From an uncultured Lachnospiraceae bacterium (GTDB taxonomy: Bacteria; Bacillota; Clostridia; Lachnospirales; Lachnospiraceae), in the NCBI GenBank assembly GCA_902803625.1, contig CADCQV010000294.1:1-36574 (forward strand): 36,574 bases of DNA, given 5' to 3'. The translations under genes were made by a program, and so were the position numbers. Positions 1-9,928 of the stretch are shown piece by piece. The notes under the pieces were generated by a model. It was not told the DNA's origin, made no database searches, and saw nothing but the letters and a program-made list of their open reading frames with translations. Position 1 is the first letter of the stretch; each line of letters begins with the position of its first letter.

Positions 1-1
1 G

Positions 2-58
2 GAAAGAGGTCGGGCCAGAGAAGATATTACCGGTGAAGCTTCGGAAGGAGGTGCTTGA
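2..58 (+). CDS. 3' end of an upstream gene, probably the methionine ABC ATPase (partial)
   Basis: Open frame ERGRAREDITGEASEGGA* ends at TGA 56-58, just before the metI start. Identity is inferred only from the usual metN-metI-metQ order. Confidence 0.35.
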   Translation, partial: ERGRAREDITGEASEGGA

Positions 59-59
59 G

Positions 60-719
60 GTGTCATCCCAGGAAGTTATGATGATAGCAGAGGGAATAGT
101 CGACACCCTCTATATGACAATAGTATCTGCTTTTTTCGGCTATGTTATCGGTCTTCCCTGGGGCATAGTCCTCACCGTTACCGGAAAGGACGGCATTCAT
201 CCGAATAAGGCAGTTTATCAGGTATTGGACACCATTACAAATATTATGCGTTCCATTCCCTTCCTGATACTATTGATACTGGTTCTTCCGATCACCTTTT
301 TTGTAGTCGGAAAGACCTACGGCTCCACTGCCACCATTGTTCCGCTGGTGATATCGGCTTCTCCCCTTATCGCCCGTATGGTGGAATCCTCATTAAATGA
401 GGTGGATAAGGGTGTCATCGAAGCCGCCCAGTCCATGGGCGCCGATAATTTTCAGATAGTTACCCGGGTGCTGCTCGGAGAAGCAAAGATCTCCCTGATC
501 TCGGGTGCCACCATAACAACCGGCACCATTCTCGGATATTCCGCAATGGCAGGAACCGTAGGAGGCGGAGGCCTCGGAGACATAGCGATCCGTTACGGAT
601 ATTACCGTTATCAGGCCAATATCCTCTGGGTCACTGTTATCCTCCTGGTGCTTCTGGTACAGATATTCCAGTTCATAGGTAATCTTATCTCCGCAAAGCT
701 TGATAAGAGAAGGGTATAG
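60..719 (+). CDS. metI: Methionine ABC transporter permease
   Basis: Motifs RSIPFLILL, EVDKGVIEAAQSMGA (EAA loop) and GYSAMAGTVGGGGLGDIAIRYGY. Start moved to GTG 60, which follows AAGGAGG. Confidence 0.93.
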   Translation: MSSQEVMMIAEGIVDTLYMTIVSAFFGYVIGLPWGIVLTVTGKDGIHPNKAVYQVLDTITNIMRSIPFLILLILVLPITFFVVGKTYGSTATIVPLVISASPLIARMVESSLNEVDKGVIEAAQSMGADNFQIVTRVLLGEAKISLISGATITTGTILGYSAMAGTVGGGGLGDIAIRYGYYRYQANILWVTVILLVLLVQIFQFIGNLISAKLDKRRV

Positions 720-749
720 AAACAGAAAACAGCAAAAAAGGAGAGCATT

Positions 750-1580
750 ATGAATAAAAAATTCTTATCTTTACTACTGGCAGCTTCATTAACGGCAGTA
801 CTGTTCGCAGGCTGCGGCAAATCGTCAGCCGGAAGCGACAAGGTCATCAAGATCGCTGCGTCGGAAACACCCCATTCCGAGATCCTTAATAAGGCAAAGG
901 ACATTTTAAAGGGTCAGGGCTACGATCTTCAGGTCACGGTATTCGAGGACTACGTACAGCCGAATAACGTTGTGGAGCAGGGAGAGTTTGATGCAAATTA
1001 TTTCCAGCATATTAATTACCTGAATTCCTTCAATGAGGAAAACGGCACCCATCTTGCCGTTGCGGAAAACGGAAAGATACACTATGAGCCCTTCGGTATT
1101 TACGCAGGAAGCAAGACCGCTCTTTCGGATATTGCCGACGGGGACTCAATCGCGATCCCCAATGATACGACCAATGAAGCCCGTGCACTTCTTCTTCTGG
1201 AGCAGGAAGGGCTTATAAAGCTTAAAGAGGGTGCAGGTGTGACCGCTACGGTAAATGATGTGGCAGAGAATCCGAAAAACCTGGAGCTTGTGGAAGTCGA
1301 AGCGGCGCAGGTTCCGAAGCAGCTAAAAAGCGTTGCCTTTGGAGTTATCAACGGAAACTATGCCCTTGAAGCCGGCCTCAATGTTGGGAAGGATGCCCTT
1401 GCCGTTGAAGCCGCAAGCGGTGAAGCCATCCAGCAGTATGTGAATATCATTGCCGTAAAGGAAGGAAACGAGTCAGCGGAAAAGATAAAGGCTCTTACCG
1501 GAGTGCTGAAGTCCGATGAGATCGTTTCTTACATAAACGATAACTACGAGGGTGCTGTTGTGCCCTATGACGGAAAATAA
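750..1580 (+). CDS. metQ: MetQ/NlpA-family ABC substrate-binding lipoprotein
   Basis: Lipobox FAGC; motifs DYVQPN, DANYFQH, IAIPNDTTNEARAL and VINGNYA; AAGGAG RBS. Confidence 0.93.
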   Translation: MNKKFLSLLLAASLTAVLFAGCGKSSAGSDKVIKIAASETPHSEILNKAKDILKGQGYDLQVTVFEDYVQPNNVVEQGEFDANYFQHINYLNSFNEENGTHLAVAENGKIHYEPFGIYAGSKTALSDIADGDSIAIPNDTTNEARALLLLEQEGLIKLKEGAGVTATVNDVAENPKNLELVEVEAAQVPKQLKSVAFGVINGNYALEAGLNVGKDALAVEAASGEAIQQYVNIIAVKEGNESAEKIKALTGVLKSDEIVSYINDNYEGAVVPYDGK

Positions 1581-1608
1581 ATCTGAAAGGAGCGTCATTG
1601 GAAAAGCC

Positions 1609-2484
1609 ATGCAAAAATATTCTCCGGTAAAAAGCGGAAAGGTAAGAGAGATTTATGAGACCGATGATAACCTGATCATGGTCGCTACGGACCGTATATC
1701 CGCCTTTGACGTTATACTGAAAAATGAGATAAAGGGTAAGGGAAAGATCCTTACCCGGATCTCCGAATTCTGGTTTGATCTCACGAAGGATATCCTTCCA
1801 AACCACCTTGTCAGCAGTGATGTAAATGATATGCCCGAATTCTTCCGTACAGCGGAGTTTGAAGGGCGGACCATGCTGGTAAAGAAGCTTCGCATGATTC
1901 CCATAGAATGTATAGTGCGCGGCTATATCACCGGCAGCGGCTGGGAAAGCTATAAGGAAAACGGCAGTGTATGCGGAATAAAGCTCCCCGGGGGCTTAAA
2001 GAACTGCGACAGGCTTCCGGAGCCCATTTACACCCCCAGTACAAAGGCTGCGATAGGCACCCATGATGAAAATATCAGGTTTGAAGAGAGTGCCAGCATC
2101 CTTAACAGCGAGTTTCCCGGAAAGGGCAGGGAATATGCCGGAAAGATAAGGGACTATACCCTTGAGATATACAAAAAATGCGCCGACTATGCACTTACCC
2201 GCGGCATCATCATTGCCGACACCAAGCTGGAATTCGGACTTGATGAGAATGACAACATAGTTCTGGCGGACGAGCTCCTGACTCCCGACTCCAGCAGATT
2301 CTGGCCGAAGGAAGGCTATGAGCCCGGTAAAAGCCAGCCCTCCTTCGACAAGCAGTTTGTCAGGGACTACCTGAAGGAAAATCCGACCTGTAATTACTCC
2401 CTCCCTGATGATATAATAGAGAAGACCATCGGGAAATACAAAGAGGCTTACAGGCTGCTTTCAGGCAGGGAAATCGGGCTTTGA
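1609..2484 (+). CDS. purC: Phosphoribosylaminoimidazole-succinocarboxamide (SAICAR) synthase
   Basis: Motifs SGKVREIY, ATDRISAFD, ECIVRGYITGSGW, IIADTKLEFG, DELLTPDSSRFW and SFDKQFVRD. Start set to ATG 1609 to avoid overlap with metQ. Confidence 0.95.
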   Translation: MQKYSPVKSGKVREIYETDDNLIMVATDRISAFDVILKNEIKGKGKILTRISEFWFDLTKDILPNHLVSSDVNDMPEFFRTAEFEGRTMLVKKLRMIPIECIVRGYITGSGWESYKENGSVCGIKLPGGLKNCDRLPEPIYTPSTKAAIGTHDENIRFEESASILNSEFPGKGREYAGKIRDYTLEIYKKCADYALTRGIIIADTKLEFGLDENDNIVLADELLTPDSSRFWPKEGYEPGKSQPSFDKQFVRDYLKENPTCNYSLPDDIIEKTIGKYKEAYRLLSGREIGL

Positions 2485-4139
2485 AACTATTTGAAAAGAT
2501 AAAAGACCATAAGAGCAGCGCCGGTATTATTTTTCTGATTGGATTTATTACCGGCGCCTTTCTTTTTATCCTGACCTACGGGGTATATGTTCTTGATGTC
2601 ACAAATGACGGATGGATATTCAGGGTAAGTGATGTAGATCTGCATCAGCATTATATCGGCTGGTGCCACTTCCGTAAGTCACCCTGGTTCTTCCCCTTAG
2701 GTCTTATGGATTCCCTGTCATACCCTTATAAAATGTCCATACTATGGACCGATTCCATCCCGCTTTTTGCCATTGTTTTCAAGCTGTTCCGGGATTTTCT
2801 TCCCGAAACCTTCCAGTACTTTGGTCTGTATGGGTTTATTTCCTTTTCTTTGACAGGCGGAACTGCAGCGCTCCTGATATATAAGCTTTGCCGGAACCCC
2901 CTTTTTGCGGTCCTCTCCGTTCCCTTTATTGCAGAGAGCTTCGCTATGCTGCAACGGATGTTTTATCATACATCCCTTACGGCTCACTATCTTATCATCA
3001 TTCCGCTCCTTATTTTCCTCGATGATTCCTTCAGGTGGTCTATTAAAAAAAAGTGCTGCGTCTGGGGAGCTTATTTCTTTTTTGCAGTAATGCTGCACCC
3101 CTACCTCTGGGCAATGGGTGCGGTGATCGCATTATTTTCATTTATCTATGAGATCATCCATATTATGACCCTTGTCCCGGCTTTGATTACGGGGACAGTT
3201 TCTGCTCTGGTTACATACCTCGGACTCTTTATTACCGGTGCCCTTTACGGAAATGTGGAAGTTTCCTACAGTCTCGTAGGATACAGTTCAAACCTGAATA
3301 CCTTCATCAATTCTCTGGATATGGGCCGTCTTCTCCGCGGGCTCCCGCTGCAAAATCCCAATCAGTATGAGGGCTTTGCCTATCTGGGGCTTGGAGGCCT
3401 TATCTTACTGATCTTTTCTGTTTTTTATTATGCCTTTAACAGAAGGAATGCTGAAAAGCCTGATCACCGCCACCTGATCTTCATTCTTTGCCCCGTATTC
3501 TTCCTGATGTCCGTATTTCCTGATATAACCTTAAATTCACTCCTGCTTTTCCGGATAAAGGTTCCGGCTTCACTGGAGATGATACTGGGTGTCTTCCGTT
3601 CAAACGGACGCTTTATCTGGCCCGCCATGATACTTCTGACAGCCGCGGCCGTAACGCTTATTTCATTTTCCTCAAAAAAGAAACATATTCCCGCTGTCAT
3701 TCTGGTGTTATGCTTAGGTATCCAGTTTTTTGATATGAGCACTCTGATAGCTTCAAAGCGTGAAAAATTCATCCCTATAGGAAAGCAATGGAACCTTGAT
3801 CTGGAAAACGAAGCACTGGCTGCAAAGCTCTCAGGCTATGAGCATATAGTTATCGTTCCCGATGATATCAGTATTACCGAAAAGGTTGCCTTTTTTGCAT
3901 ATAAATACGGGCTTACCGTAAACCGCTTTTATTTTGCGAGAAATATCGATAAGGAGATAGAAAAGACCATTAATGACTACCATAGTGAGTGCTCTGCCGG
4001 CAGCGCCCCCGGAAATGTTATCTTTGTTTTTGATGAGGTAAGCATGGCAAGCTGGAAAATAAGCACAGGCCTGCATTTCTATGATCTTACCGGAACCATA
4101 GTGGGACTAAAGGATCCCCTCCCCCTTCCTGAATTATGA
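2481..4139 (+). CDS. Polytopic membrane protein, DUF6311-like (possible GT-C-type glycosyltransferase)
   Basis: Many hydrophobic segments; motifs DLHQHYIGWCHFR..PWFFPLG, WTDSIPLFAIVFK, YEGFAYLGLG and FRSNGRFIWP recalled from DUF6311-type proteins. Overlaps purC by 4 nt. Confidence 0.65.
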   Translation: MKLFEKIKDHKSSAGIIFLIGFITGAFLFILTYGVYVLDVTNDGWIFRVSDVDLHQHYIGWCHFRKSPWFFPLGLMDSLSYPYKMSILWTDSIPLFAIVFKLFRDFLPETFQYFGLYGFISFSLTGGTAALLIYKLCRNPLFAVLSVPFIAESFAMLQRMFYHTSLTAHYLIIIPLLIFLDDSFRWSIKKKCCVWGAYFFFAVMLHPYLWAMGAVIALFSFIYEIIHIMTLVPALITGTVSALVTYLGLFITGALYGNVEVSYSLVGYSSNLNTFINSLDMGRLLRGLPLQNPNQYEGFAYLGLGGLILLIFSVFYYAFNRRNAEKPDHRHLIFILCPVFFLMSVFPDITLNSLLLFRIKVPASLEMILGVFRSNGRFIWPAMILLTAAAVTLISFSSKKKHIPAVILVLCLGIQFFDMSTLIASKREKFIPIGKQWNLDLENEALAAKLSGYEHIVIVPDDISITEKVAFFAYKYGLTVNRFYFARNIDKEIEKTINDYHSECSAGSAPGNVIFVFDEVSMASWKISTGLHFYDLTGTIVGLKDPLPLPEL

Positions 4140-4978
4140 ACAGGCTCAGTTTAATGAAAAAATCCATATTGACACTGATCCTTATTCTCCTCCTCCAATC
4201 TGCCCTTTCAGGCTGTATGGAAGCCGGCGCTGAGGACTGGATAGGATATACCCCGAAGGAGCCTGCTGAGGAGGCCGTCGAAGAGGAACCGGAAACAGTC
4301 TCGGAGGAGACCGTCGGTGAGGTCAGCGGCGGCGATAAAGAGGTGGAAAACGCCCTCCCGACCTACTCCCCTGAGGAAGAGCCCGAGGAGATTGAGGAAG
4401 AGGACCTTCCCGAGGAAGAAGAACCTGTAGCAGAGAACAGCTCTGTCAGTGAGGATACTGCCCCTGTTGTGGATGATGATGAAAATAACCATGATGTTAC
4501 CCACGGCAGCTGGGACGGCGATGAATGGTCAGCCACAGCCACCATCGGGGAAAATTACGAAATCGAAGTCAGTGTGACTTCTTCCAAGGGTGCCATGAAA
4601 AATGAAAAGGTTACGGATTACAGTCCGGCTTCTGAGAAGAGCGGCGGTGATATCAAGGATGCCCGTTTTAACTACTTTACGAAATATGAAGACGGCGACA
4701 GGGAAACTGCCGCCGAGGATATCGAAGATTATGAAGATGTGGACAAAATGTCCGATAAACAGATGAGTGCCCTTATGGCTGTTGCCGACGATATAGGAAA
4801 GCTTATCGCCCAGTTCGGTATAACGGCATACGACTTCAATCACCCCGCGGAAAATGAAGACACCGAGGTTGTGATGGATCTCTACAGCGAGGATAAATAC
4901 CAGTTCACTATGACCCTGTCCTTCGATGAGGATCACATTGAGAAGCTTACATCCATCGAATTCGCTCTGGAAGAATGA
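4136..4978 (+). CDS. Acidic lipoprotein of unknown function (paralog of 14581-15231)
   Basis: Signal peptide with lipobox LSGC, a Glu/Pro-rich linker and a C-terminal domain similar to 14581-15231. ATGA overlap with the upstream gene. Confidence 0.8.
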   Translation: MNRLSLMKKSILTLILILLLQSALSGCMEAGAEDWIGYTPKEPAEEAVEEEPETVSEETVGEVSGGDKEVENALPTYSPEEEPEEIEEEDLPEEEEPVAENSSVSEDTAPVVDDDENNHDVTHGSWDGDEWSATATIGENYEIEVSVTSSKGAMKNEKVTDYSPASEKSGGDIKDARFNYFTKYEDGDRETAAEDIEDYEDVDKMSDKQMSALMAVADDIGKLIAQFGITAYDFNHPAENEDTEVVMDLYSEDKYQFTMTLSFDEDHIEKLTSIEFALEE

Positions 4979-4984
4979 AATCCG

Positions 4985-5061
4985 CTGTCATCCTGAGCTC
5001 CCGCTTCTCTGTCATCCTGAGCTCCCGCTTCCCTGTCATCCTGAGCGAAGCGAAGGATCTT
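4985..5061. repeat. Two 24-bp tandem truncated REP copies followed by a full REP-like unit
   Basis: TGTCATCCTGAGC at 4986, 5010 and 5034; the last continues GAAGCGAAGGATCT. Lies between convergent genes. Confidence 0.9.
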
Positions 5062-5064
5062 CCC

Positions 5065-7341
5065 TCACACTCTATTATAGTTTATCAGGCATCCCTTCAG
5101 TATTATCTGTCTCTCGTCATCCGTAAGCTCTCCGAGTGACAGCTCAAATTCCTTCAGGGTACCGTCCTTCACCGTGTACGCCTTAATGCGGTCCTCTTTT
5201 CCGGAAACCGCCTTTCTGATACCGGGAATAAAAAGGTGATCCAGATTCTTAAAGGGAAGCTCTCCCTTTTCTATCACAAAGGGAAGCATACCCCAGTTAA
5301 TGAGGTTACTTCTGTACCTTTTAGTGGCATATTCATTGGCGATATTTGCCCAGCCTCCCAGAACCTTCTGACAGGATGCCGCCTGTTCCCTTGCGGAGCC
5401 GTCTCCCGGCTTTACCGCAAAGATCGCAGAGCCTATTCCAGTATTATTCCAGTCCGCATCCGGAAAGCTTTTCTTAACCGCATTCATAACCTCTCCGAGG
5501 TCTCCCGATGCCTCCAGCATCTTCTCAAGGGCCGATACCCCGTCTTCCCTTGCTTTCTCATATGCGGCCACATCCTTTGCCCTCTGCACATAGGACGGAT
5601 CCTTACGGGAGAGGGTGAATTCGGCAAGTCCCAGAGGATTTGACCTGTATGAAGATGTTTCTCCGGAGGGTATCAGTTCATCGGTTGTTGTAACGCTGTC
5701 GTGGATCTCGGAGACTATCCTTATTATCAGATTGTCGGTAAGCTCAGGCATTTCCGGCCAGTCCTTGATATTCGGTCCGAGGATAAGCTCTGCGTCACTG
5801 TCTTCCTTACACTTTGAATCAAATACCCTCTTTTCATAAATCTGAGCGTCAAAGAAGTACTTATATTTTCCGATCTCTATATCCAGATCCGTAGCAGGTG
5901 TAAGTATCCCCTTATTTGCAGCGGTAGCTGCAATAGAGCGGGCATCCATAAGTGCCACGGATGATATCTGTCCGTTCTGCACCTTTGAGCCCTCCCTGTT
6001 CGGGAAATTCCTCGTAGAATGACGTATGGAAAATGCATTGTTTGCGGGAGTGTCGCCTGCTCCGAAGCAGGGACCGCAGAAGCAGGTCTTTACCACCACA
6101 CCTGCATCTATAAAGCTTGAGACCGCACCGTTCCTGACAAGCTCGGCGTATACAGGCATGGATGCCGGATAAACACTCATAGTGAATTCGCTGTTCCCGA
6201 TATCCGCTCCCTTCAGAATATCCGCAGCCGCGCAGAGATTCTCAAATCCTCCTCCCGCACAGCCCGCGATTATTCCCTGGTCAGTAAAGAGCTTTCCGTT
6301 TCTTATCTTCCTGTGAAGGTCAAAATCCACCCTGTCGCCGAGGGAGATCCTTGCCTTTTTCTCCACATCCGACAGGATATCGGAAAGATTCTGATTCAGC
6401 TCTTCTATGGTATAAGCATTGCTGGGATGGAAGGGCAGGGCTATCATGGGCTTTATCTTTGAAAGATCCACGCTCACCACTTCATCATAGTAGGCGGTAT
6501 CCGAGGGATTCAGTTCCTTATAGTCCTCCGCTCTTCCATGTGTCGACAGAAACTCCTCTGTTTTCCCATCCGTCCTCCAAATAGAAGAGAGACAGGTGGT
6601 CTCTGTTGTCATCACATCGATGCCGATACGGAAATCAGCGCTTAATGCGGATACCCCGGGGCCAACAAATTCCATTACCCTGTTCTTTACGATACCGTCA
6701 GAAAAAAGCTTTCCGATAAGGGCAAGTGCCACATCCTGAGGTCCGACCCCGTATGAGGGCTCACCGCTTAAGTAAACCGCCACGATACCGGGATAATCAA
6801 TATCATAGGTCTGGTTTAGAAGCTGCTTTACAAGCTCCGGTCCTCCCTCACCCATTGCCATGGTACCGAGAGCACCGTATCTTGTATGGGAATCGGAGCC
6901 CAGAATCATCTTTCCGCAGCCTGCCAGCATTTCCCTGGCATACTGGTGTATCACCGCCTGATGCGGAGGTACGTAGACACCGCCGTACTTTCTGGCCGCA
7001 CTGAGACCGAAAACGTGGTCATCCTCATTTATTGTGCCTCCCACGGCACAGAGGGAATTATGACAGTTTGTGAGAATATAGGGCAAAGGGAACTTCTTCA
7101 GTCCCGATGCTCTGGCCGTCTGTATAATGCCCACATAGGTGATATCGTGGCTTGTTATACAGTCAAATTTTATCTTCAGCTTCCTGTCATCCCCAGAAGT
7201 ATTGTGGGATGAGAGTATTCCGTATGCGATCGTTCCCTTGCGGGCTTCTTCCTTTGAAATATTATCCGGTGCCTCACCGCATATCTCAGTACCATTAAGG
7301 AGATATGCCCCCGAGCCGCGGACCGTCACTGCGTCATTCAT
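5065..7341 (-). CDS. Aconitase-family hydratase (YbhJ-like)
   Basis: Motifs [46 protein letters not shown] (4Fe-4S ligands), [10 protein letters not shown] and [10 protein letters not shown]. Confidence 0.9.
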   Translation of the reverse strand: MNDAVTVRGSGAYLLNGTEICGEAPDNISKEEARKGTIAYGILSSHNTSGDDRKLKIKFDCITSHDITYVGIIQTARASGLKKFPLPYILTNCHNSLCAVGGTINEDDHVFGLSAARKYGGVYVPPHQAVIHQYAREMLAGCGKMILGSDSHTRYGALGTMAMGEGGPELVKQLLNQTYDIDYPGIVAVYLSGEPSYGVGPQDVALALIGKLFSDGIVKNRVMEFVGPGVSALSADFRIGIDVMTTETTCLSSIWRTDGKTEEFLSTHGRAEDYKELNPSDTAYYDEVVSVDLSKIKPMIALPFHPSNAYTIEELNQNLSDILSDVEKKARISLGDRVDFDLHRKIRNGKLFTDQGIIAGCAGGGFENLCAAADILKGADIGNSEFTMSVYPASMPVYAELVRNGAVSSFIDAGVVVKTCFCGPCFGAGDTPANNAFSIRHSTRNFPNREGSKVQNGQISSVALMDARSIAATAANKGILTPATDLDIEIGKYKYFFDAQIYEKRVFDSKCKEDSDAELILGPNIKDWPEMPELTDNLIIRIVSEIHDSVTTTDELIPSGETSSYRSNPLGLAEFTLSRKDPSYVQRAKDVAAYEKAREDGVSALEKMLEASGDLGEVMNAVKKSFPDADWNNTGIGSAIFAVKPGDGSAREQAASCQKVLGGWANIANEYATKRYRSNLINWGMLPFVIEKGELPFKNLDHLFIPGIRKAVSGKEDRIKAYTVKDGTLKEFELSLGELTDDERQIILKGCLINYNRV

Positions 7342-7386
7342 ATTTTTGATGCCGCTCCTTCCTGTCTGGACAAACTGCCCTCTTTT

Positions 7387-9861
7387 TTATTTCCTTATTT
7401 TCTTTGAAAGTGTCACCTTATCCAGATGCCAGATCTCATCCACATATTCCTTAATGGTTCTGTCAGATGAGAACTTGCCTGTTGATGCCACGTTAATGAT
7501 AGCCTTCTTTGCCCACAGTGCCTTATCGCGGTACTGCTTCTCCACCTCGCTCTGCGCCTCGGCGTAAGAGCGGAAATCCTTTAATATGAAGTACATATCC
7601 GCCTTCGAAGTACTCTGCGTATTAATCAGGGAATTGTAAAGATCCCTGAAAAGATCCGGATTGTCCTTTGAATAGAAGCCGTTTATGAGCTGTGTCAGCA
7701 CATCCCTGATCTCCTGATCGGAATTAAAGATATCCATAGGGTCGTAACCGCCGTTCTTCTCATAGTTCATGACCTCATCCGCGCTCATTCCGAAGATGAA
7801 CATATTTTCACTGCCCATCTCCTCGGCCATTTCCACATTGGCTCCGTCCATGGTTCCGAGAGTCAGGGCTCCGTTCAGCATAAACTTCATACATCCGGTA
7901 CCCGAGGCTTCCTTACTTGCTGTGGAGATCTGTTCGGATACATCGGCTGCCGCAAAAATAAGCTCTGCATTGGAAACCCTGTAGTCCTCAATGAAGACCA
8001 CCTTGATCTTTCCGTCAATCGAAGCGTCATTATTAATCACATTAGCCACGGAGTTTATCAGCTTTATTGTAAGCTTTGCGTTCTTGTAGCCCGCTGCAGC
8101 CTTTGCACCGAAGATGAAGGTCCTCGGGAAAAACTCCATATCGGGATGCCGTTTTATCTTGTTGTAAAGGCTCATCACATGAAGGATATTCAAGAGCTGC
8201 CTCTTATACTCATGAAGCCTCTTTACCTGCACGTCGAAAATGGAACGGGGATCCACCTCCACTCCGTTATGCTCCATAATGTATTTGGCCAGGCGCTGCT
8301 TATTCTTGAACTTGATGTTCATAAACTCGTTCTGCGCCTTTTTATCATCGGCATAAACCGCTATACCGTGGATCTTTTTCAGATCCGTTATCCAGTCCGG
8401 TCCCACGTGGTCCGTAACCCATTCCGCAAGAAGAGGATTTCCGTGAAGAAGGAAACGCCTCTGTGTAATGCCGTTTGTCTTATTATTGAACTTCTCCGGC
8501 ATCATTTCATAGAAGTCCTTCAGCTCCCTCTTTTTCAGGATCTCCGAATGGAGACGTGCCACACCGTTAACCGAGAAGCCGGCACAGATGGCAAGATAGG
8601 CCATCCTCACCTGACCGTCATAGATAATGGCCATATTCCGTATCTTCTCCTGATCGCCGGGATAGGCTGCCTGTATCTGCAGGCAGAAGCGGCGGTTGAT
8701 CTCCTCTATTATCTGGTAAACCCTGGGAAGAAGGCGGGAGAACAGCTCTATCGGCCACTTCTCCAGAGCCTCGCTCATGATCGTGTGATTCGTATATGCA
8801 CAGGTGCTGGTGGTGACTGCCCAGGCCTCATCCCATGTAAGGTCATAGTCATCCATAAGTATCCTCATAAGCTCGGGGATCGCCACCGTGGGGTGTGTGT
8901 CATTCAGCTGGAAGACATTCTTTTCCGCAAAACGCTTTATGTCATCATGCTTACGCATGTATTTTGCCACAGCCTCCTGAACCGACGCGGAAATAAAGAA
9001 ATACTGCTGCTTTAAGCGGAGCTCCTTCCCCGCATAGTGATTATCGTTGGGATAGAGTACCTCAACTATATTCTTTGCAAGATTATCCTGCTCCACAGCC
9101 TTTCTGTAGTCGCCCTTATCAAAGGAATCAAGCTGGAAGCACTCCACAGGCTCAGCATCCCAGATACGGAGGGTATTTACTATGCCGTTTCCGTAGCCCA
9201 CCACGGGCATATCATAGGGTATTGCATTTACAGACTGATAACCGTCCTGAATAAAGTGGTTACGTCCGTTACTGTCGGTCTCCACCCTGACATAACCGCC
9301 GAACTTGACCTCTTTCTTATATTCCCTGCGGCGGAGCTCAAAGGGATTTCCGTCCCTGAGCCAGTCATCCGGTATTTCGAGCTGGTATCCGTCCTTTATC
9401 TTCTGCTTGAACATACCGTAACGGTACCTGATCCCGCAGCCGTATGCGGAATATCCGAGGGTGGCAAGGGAATCCAGGAAGCAGGCTGCCAGCCTTCCCA
9501 GACCGCCGTTTCCGAGAGCTGCGTCCGGCTCCTGATCTTCAACCATATTGAGATCCACTCCCAGCTCCTTTAATGCATCCTTTACTTCCTTATATTCGCA
9601 TAAATTTATCAGATTGTTTCCGAGTGCCCTGCCCATAAGGAATTCCATTGACAGATAATAAACCGTCTTCGGATCCTCCTTCTCATAAGCCTGCTGGGTG
9701 TTCATCCAGTCCTCTATAATGGTATCCTTGACCGCAAAGCAGACTGCCTGGAAGATCTCCTGCTTATCCGCTTCCTTCAGGTTTTTCCTGTACAGGGAAC
9801 GGACATTATCCTCTATCTGCTTTTTGAATTTTGCCTTGTCGAATTTTCTGCTATGTACCAT
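7387..9861 (-). CDS. glgP: Glycogen/starch/alpha-glucan phosphorylase
   Basis: Motifs YYLSMEFLMGR, LGNGGLGRLAACF, QLNDTHP, KRLHEYKRQ and EASGTGCMKFMLNG (PLP lysine). Start set at ATG 9861 after GAAAGGAG. Confidence 0.96.
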   Translation of the reverse strand: MVHSRKFDKAKFKKQIEDNVRSLYRKNLKEADKQEIFQAVCFAVKDTIIEDWMNTQQAYEKEDPKTVYYLSMEFLMGRALGNNLINLCEYKEVKDALKELGVDLNMVEDQEPDAALGNGGLGRLAACFLDSLATLGYSAYGCGIRYRYGMFKQKIKDGYQLEIPDDWLRDGNPFELRRREYKKEVKFGGYVRVETDSNGRNHFIQDGYQSVNAIPYDMPVVGYGNGIVNTLRIWDAEPVECFQLDSFDKGDYRKAVEQDNLAKNIVEVLYPNDNHYAGKELRLKQQYFFISASVQEAVAKYMRKHDDIKRFAEKNVFQLNDTHPTVAIPELMRILMDDYDLTWDEAWAVTTSTCAYTNHTIMSEALEKWPIELFSRLLPRVYQIIEEINRRFCLQIQAAYPGDQEKIRNMAIIYDGQVRMAYLAICAGFSVNGVARLHSEILKKRELKDFYEMMPEKFNNKTNGITQRRFLLHGNPLLAEWVTDHVGPDWITDLKKIHGIAVYADDKKAQNEFMNIKFKNKQRLAKYIMEHNGVEVDPRSIFDVQVKRLHEYKRQLLNILHVMSLYNKIKRHPDMEFFPRTFIFGAKAAAGYKNAKLTIKLINSVANVINNDASIDGKIKVVFIEDYRVSNAELIFAAADVSEQISTASKEASGTGCMKFMLNGALTLGTMDGANVEMAEEMGSENMFIFGMSADEVMNYEKNGGYDPMDIFNSDQEIRDVLTQLINGFYSKDNPDLFRDLYNSLINTQSTSKADMYFILKDFRSYAEAQSEVEKQYRDKALWAKKAIINVASTGKFSSDRTIKEYVDEIWHLDKVTLSKKIRK

Positions 9862-9928
9862 TTCAGTCTGTAACACTCCTTTCCTAAAAATATGCATAAA
9901 CCCCATTACATTCTTCAGCCGCCAAAAG

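Noticed and set aside
1587-1611. Possible ATT start for purC (AAGGAG lies closer to in-frame ATT 1597 than to ATG 1609)
   Set aside because: It cannot be distinguished from an ordinary ATG start using sequence alone.
4985-5061. Possible mini-CRISPR array
   Set aside because: The period is only 24 bp, the spacers are near-identical and there are no cas genes.
4926-5126. 66-aa ORF with CHPELPLL/CHPERSEGS repeats
   Set aside because: It is a translation of the REP-like repeat and overlaps real genes on both sides.
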